This document shows, one piece after another, positions 60,693 to 64,000 of a stretch of DNA of 64,000 nucleotides (positions are counted from its first letter, which is position 1; every line of letters starts with the position of its first letter). The translations under genes and the position numbers were made by a program. The DNA is from Flectonema sp. DT1601 (lineage: Eukaryota), in contig OZ025797.1 in assembly GCA_964019425.1 (NCBI GenBank), positions 1,054,001 through 1,118,000 of the forward strand, read 5' to 3'. Under the pieces are notes generated by a model. The model was not told the origin of the DNA, searched no databases, and worked only from the letters and a program-made list of their open reading frames with translations.

Positions 60693-62140
60693 CTTGAGAA
60701 GTAATAAAAAACCTCGCGGGAATTGTGTTTAATAATTGAAAAGTAAAAAAGAAGAAAAGAAAAAAGAAAAAAGCAGCATTCACACAAATACACTCGTCCT
60801 TTGTGGTCTGCCATCCATAGAACACAATTAACTTTTTTCTTAACTTAATCCAATATAAAAAAAGTGCGGTATTACACAATGTCCCAAATAAATGATCGAC
60901 ATTGCAACAACCTCCTACAGTCCAGTCCCAGAACCTGATGAACTAGTTCTGTGAAATAGCAAGATCCTTTTTTTTTTTTTTTTTTCTTCTTTTTTTTTTT
61001 CTTCTTTCATACAAAAAAACACCATGGTAACATGGATGTATCGAGCGCTGGTGTAATTACGTTTTCCCAGTGCATGCAAAAAAAAAAAAACAATTCTTTT
61101 TATTTCTTTGGATACTGAAAAAAGACTGAAAATAAAAATCAAAAAGCCTAACACGCAGATTCAGGAAGGAGCAGTTAGAGGGAAACTTTTTCGAGCACGA
61201 CACAGAGAAGTACATCGAGAAGTCTGTCTTGTTAGTTCAGTTACCCCTCAGTGACCCACTGCTTACAGTTACTTAGCAGGCTCCGTCTGTAAATACCAGC
61301 AGCCACTAACAGCTCCACCATGGAATTCAATACAAAATGAAGGGAATCTTTAACGTGTGGGTTAGACGTCTTGTTTTTTGTTTTCTTATGTTTTAATGTC
61401 TCCAAAAAAAATAAAGAAAAAAAAACAGTAGAGAAAGTGGGAAAAAAAGGGATGAAACTTTGACAATGTAAAAAACAACTTTTTGGTATTAATATAAAAT
61501 TAATATCAAGTACTTGAAAAAAAATTGTTAATCAAAGAAAAAGTACGTTTAAAAAAGGGAAATATACTATATTGTGTCATGTTAACCAGAAACTGATGAC
61601 GGATCCGGTGGAGATAATTGGTGATAGCCCGACAATGTAAAAACAGTAATACTAAAATAGTAATAAGTTAAACTCGCAGAGAGGGGAAAAAAGAACTCAC
61701 AAAATAGTACATTAAGAGAGGTAACTGGGAATTAAAGATGCAAAAAAAAAAAAAAAAAAAAGAAGAAAACATATAGGGAGAATAGAAAAAAAGTATTTTA
61801 TCGTGCACAAAATATCTGATGTGCGTAAAGAAAAAAAAAGAAAACAAATGATTTGGGAAGAGGACATAAATAAAAATAAGAAGAAACCACTTAAACGACA
61901 ACACGTACTATGTATGTATGTATGTGTATATGTATGTTGGATTCGCTTGCCTGCGAGCGAACACAAAGATGTGCGAAACCAATACGTTATGCTGTCACTC
62001 TTTTCTTCTTTTTTTACTTAAGATGCAACAATGCTTGTTGTAAATAGAACTATTTAAAAAGAAAAAAATGAACTTTTGAGAAGGGGAAGAGTATGGGGAA
62101 ATTGGTCTTTATTCAATTCATAGCGAAAATGTACAACCAT

Positions 62141-64000
62141 TTACAACTCAAAGACTTCCTTGTGGAGTGGAACATTGTTAGCAACCGCAGCGCTCTCAAC
62201 ATCATAGATCAGTCCACCAGGTCCACATGCAAATACTGCCGATCCAGGCTGGGCATGGTCAAGAACAGCACTCCAGTTTGGTCTTCCAAACATAGTTGGA
62301 AATGGAATATCTGAGTGGTAGTCTGCCTCTTTTTCTGGGTAGTTTGCATTGTTAAGTGGGTTCTCATATTGGCTCTGACTTGTGTAGTAAGAAGAACCTT
62401 TACTGTTCAACATTGATGCCTCACTGGCAGAAGTGTTGTAAAGCTGCCACTCAACTCCATTTACCTGTGAAAGAGCGCGAAGTTCCTTTGCGAATGGTTC
62501 GTAACCAGCTCTGCCGCGGAATGCCCAAATCACAATAAGTCTGACGTTGCTGTTCTTAACGTACCTCTGTGAAGCGTGGAAGTCAATCATACTTAATATT
62601 GCTGTGAATCCGATACCACCAGCGCAGAGATAGATTTCACTGCGGCCTTCCATGTCGTACTGAACCATAGGGCGTCCGAATGGTCCCTGGCATGCGAATT
62701 GATCACCAACAGAGACCTGTCTTAAATCGTGTGTCCATTCACCTGGTCCCATATCTCTGATGTGTAGTGTGAAAGTTTCCTCTCTTGCAGTAGAAATAGA
62801 GAACGGATGCCATTCTTGTGCTCCCATGTCACTATTCTTCAAAGACACCCACTGGAATGGTTTTAATTCAGAGATACCCTTCTTGTGCAGAGTCAACTTT
62901 ACTACATTACCAAAACGCTCAATTCCGAGAACTTCAGCACGGTTTGTATGACTCTCGTAGTATCTGATAAGAACATCAATTGCATACAACAACACTGGGA
63001 TACCACTGAAGATCATTAGTGTTGGGTAATGGATCCACGCAAAGATATAAAGCACGGCATACAAAGTATGCAAAACAACAAAAAGATTCCAATGAGAGCG
63101 ACGAAGAAACGCTGCAGGCAAAACAACAAACAATGCTGCAACCCAAGCAAGGAGTCCAGCAAGTGGAGGGCCGTGAGGGAAACCGATCTCCCATTTAATG
63201 ATACGCTTGAGTCCTTCTTTTACTGCTTCAGATGTTGAATAGGTGTCGGTGTAGGTTCTGGTACTCCAGTTTGGACTTCCGTTGTCGTAGTACTGAACAT
63301 GCGCCAACCACATACCCAAACCATGAGCAGTCATAAAGATAAGAATCCAAAATCCTAACTTCTTGTGGAACTTCAGGGCGCGTTCAAAAGGGATTCCGAA
63401 AGCGAGAAGCAAAAGACTTTTCCTCGCAACAGGGAAAAGCTGTAATGTGAGCATACCAGCTACAACACCACCGAGACCTCTTGGAACTTTACCAACCAAG
63501 TTATTAATGGTCGCGTGGTTGAATACGTACGCAAAACATAATCCTAACCATCCAAGAATCCACATGCCCATGATAAATTCTGCCCAAGTCGTACGCAGTG
63601 GAATTGGAGCGTAAAAGTCAAGGTACCACAGTGGACTCTTTGCTTTTAGAGGTCCGCACAAAGGAAATTGGTATGTTTTGTTAAGAAGCTGAAGAACAAT
63701 AGCTACAACCGCGATGACCAAGAATAGACCAATCCACGAAAACAAAAGGACTGCAATAATATCACCGGAATCTCCTCTCCACTCGAAGTAGATCATTCCT
63801 CCCTTCCAGTGTTTGTTTCCGGGGACAAACTTAGTCCAAATGTAGTAAGGATTCTTTGTACCAGGGGCACAGCCAGTGCAACCCTGACCATCAACAACTC
63901 CGTACTTTGGTCTCCAGACGCCACTATTATGGCCATCGCCACCAGCGGCACCATCGGCGTCTCCATCATCTCCGTCTCCTCCCTTGTGACCATCGGCACC
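62141..64000 (-). CDS. Ferric reductase paralog, 5' end beyond the window (partial)
   Basis: Very similar to 57338-59503; frame stays open through WRPKYGV and a Gly/Asp repeat to the window edge. Confidence 0.93.
   Translation of the reverse strand, partial: GADGHKGGDGDDGDADGAAGGDGHNSGVWRPKYGVVDGQGCTGCAPGTKNPYYIWTKFVPGNKHWKGGMIYFEWRGDSGDIIAVLLFSWIGLFLVIAVVAIVLQLLNKTYQFPLCGPLKAKSPLWYLDFYAPIPLRTTWAEFIMGMWILGWLGLCFAYVFNHATINNLVGKVPRGLGGVVAGMLTLQLFPVARKSLLLLAFGIPFERALKFHKKLGFWILIFMTAHGLGMWLAHVQYYDNGSPNWSTRTYTDTYSTSEAVKEGLKRIIKWEIGFPHGPPLAGLLAWVAALFVVLPAAFLRRSHWNLFVVLHTLYAVLYIFAWIHYPTLMIFSGIPVLLYAIDVLIRYYESHTNRAEVLGIERFGNVVKLTLHKKGISELKPFQWVSLKNSDMGAQEWHPFSISTAREETFTLHIRDMGPGEWTHDLRQVSVGDQFACQGPFGRPMVQYDMEGRSEIYLCAGGIGFTAILSMIDFHASQRYVKNSNVRLIVIWAFRGRAGYEPFAKELRALSQVNGVEWQLYNTSASEASMLNSKGSSYYTSQSQYENPLNNANYPEKEADYHSDIPFPTMFGRPNWSAVLDHAQPGSAVFACGPGGLIYDVESAAVANNVPLHKEVFEL

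Larger units (their letters stand above)
55838..63920. repeat. Tandem segmental duplication: ~55838-59120 duplicated at ~59783-63920
   Basis: Collinear near-identical non-coding blocks (TGTATATCGCACACTCAGAGATG; GAGCAGTTAGAGGGAAAC...; 3' UTR) plus the CDS. Confidence 0.93.

Overview
AT-rich eukaryotic genomic DNA. All ~25 credible protein genes lie on the minus strand. Most have a pyrimidine-rich tract and AG just upstream of the ATG, and some contain short GT-AG cis-introns. This is a euglenozoan-like directional gene cluster, probably diplonemid-like (inferred, not shown). Recognisable genes include a 3-exon metacaspase-like protein with catalytic His->Leu, RIB43A, a PPR protein, medium-chain acyl-CoA dehydrogenase, FadH-type 2,4-dienoyl-CoA reductase, a mitochondrial carrier, proteasome RPT2, three tandem MsrB, DnaJ-DUF179, a METTL9-like methyltransferase, a degenerate TUTase-like protein and three tandem ferric reductases with Gly/Asp-rich ectodomains. 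Two non-coding arrays flank the metacaspase region. The first is a 479-bp tandem repeat (~484-3159) that is a box C/D snoRNA cluster. The second is a repeat-spacer array (8413-9979): seven copies of a U36/snR47-like C/D snoRNA separated by mostly unique, structured 120-245 bp spacers. At least two spacers contain apparent sense fragments of 28S and 18S rRNA. A 585-bp TIR element is inserted in one ferric reductase duplicate. All rRNA and protein-family matches are from memory and need database confirmation.
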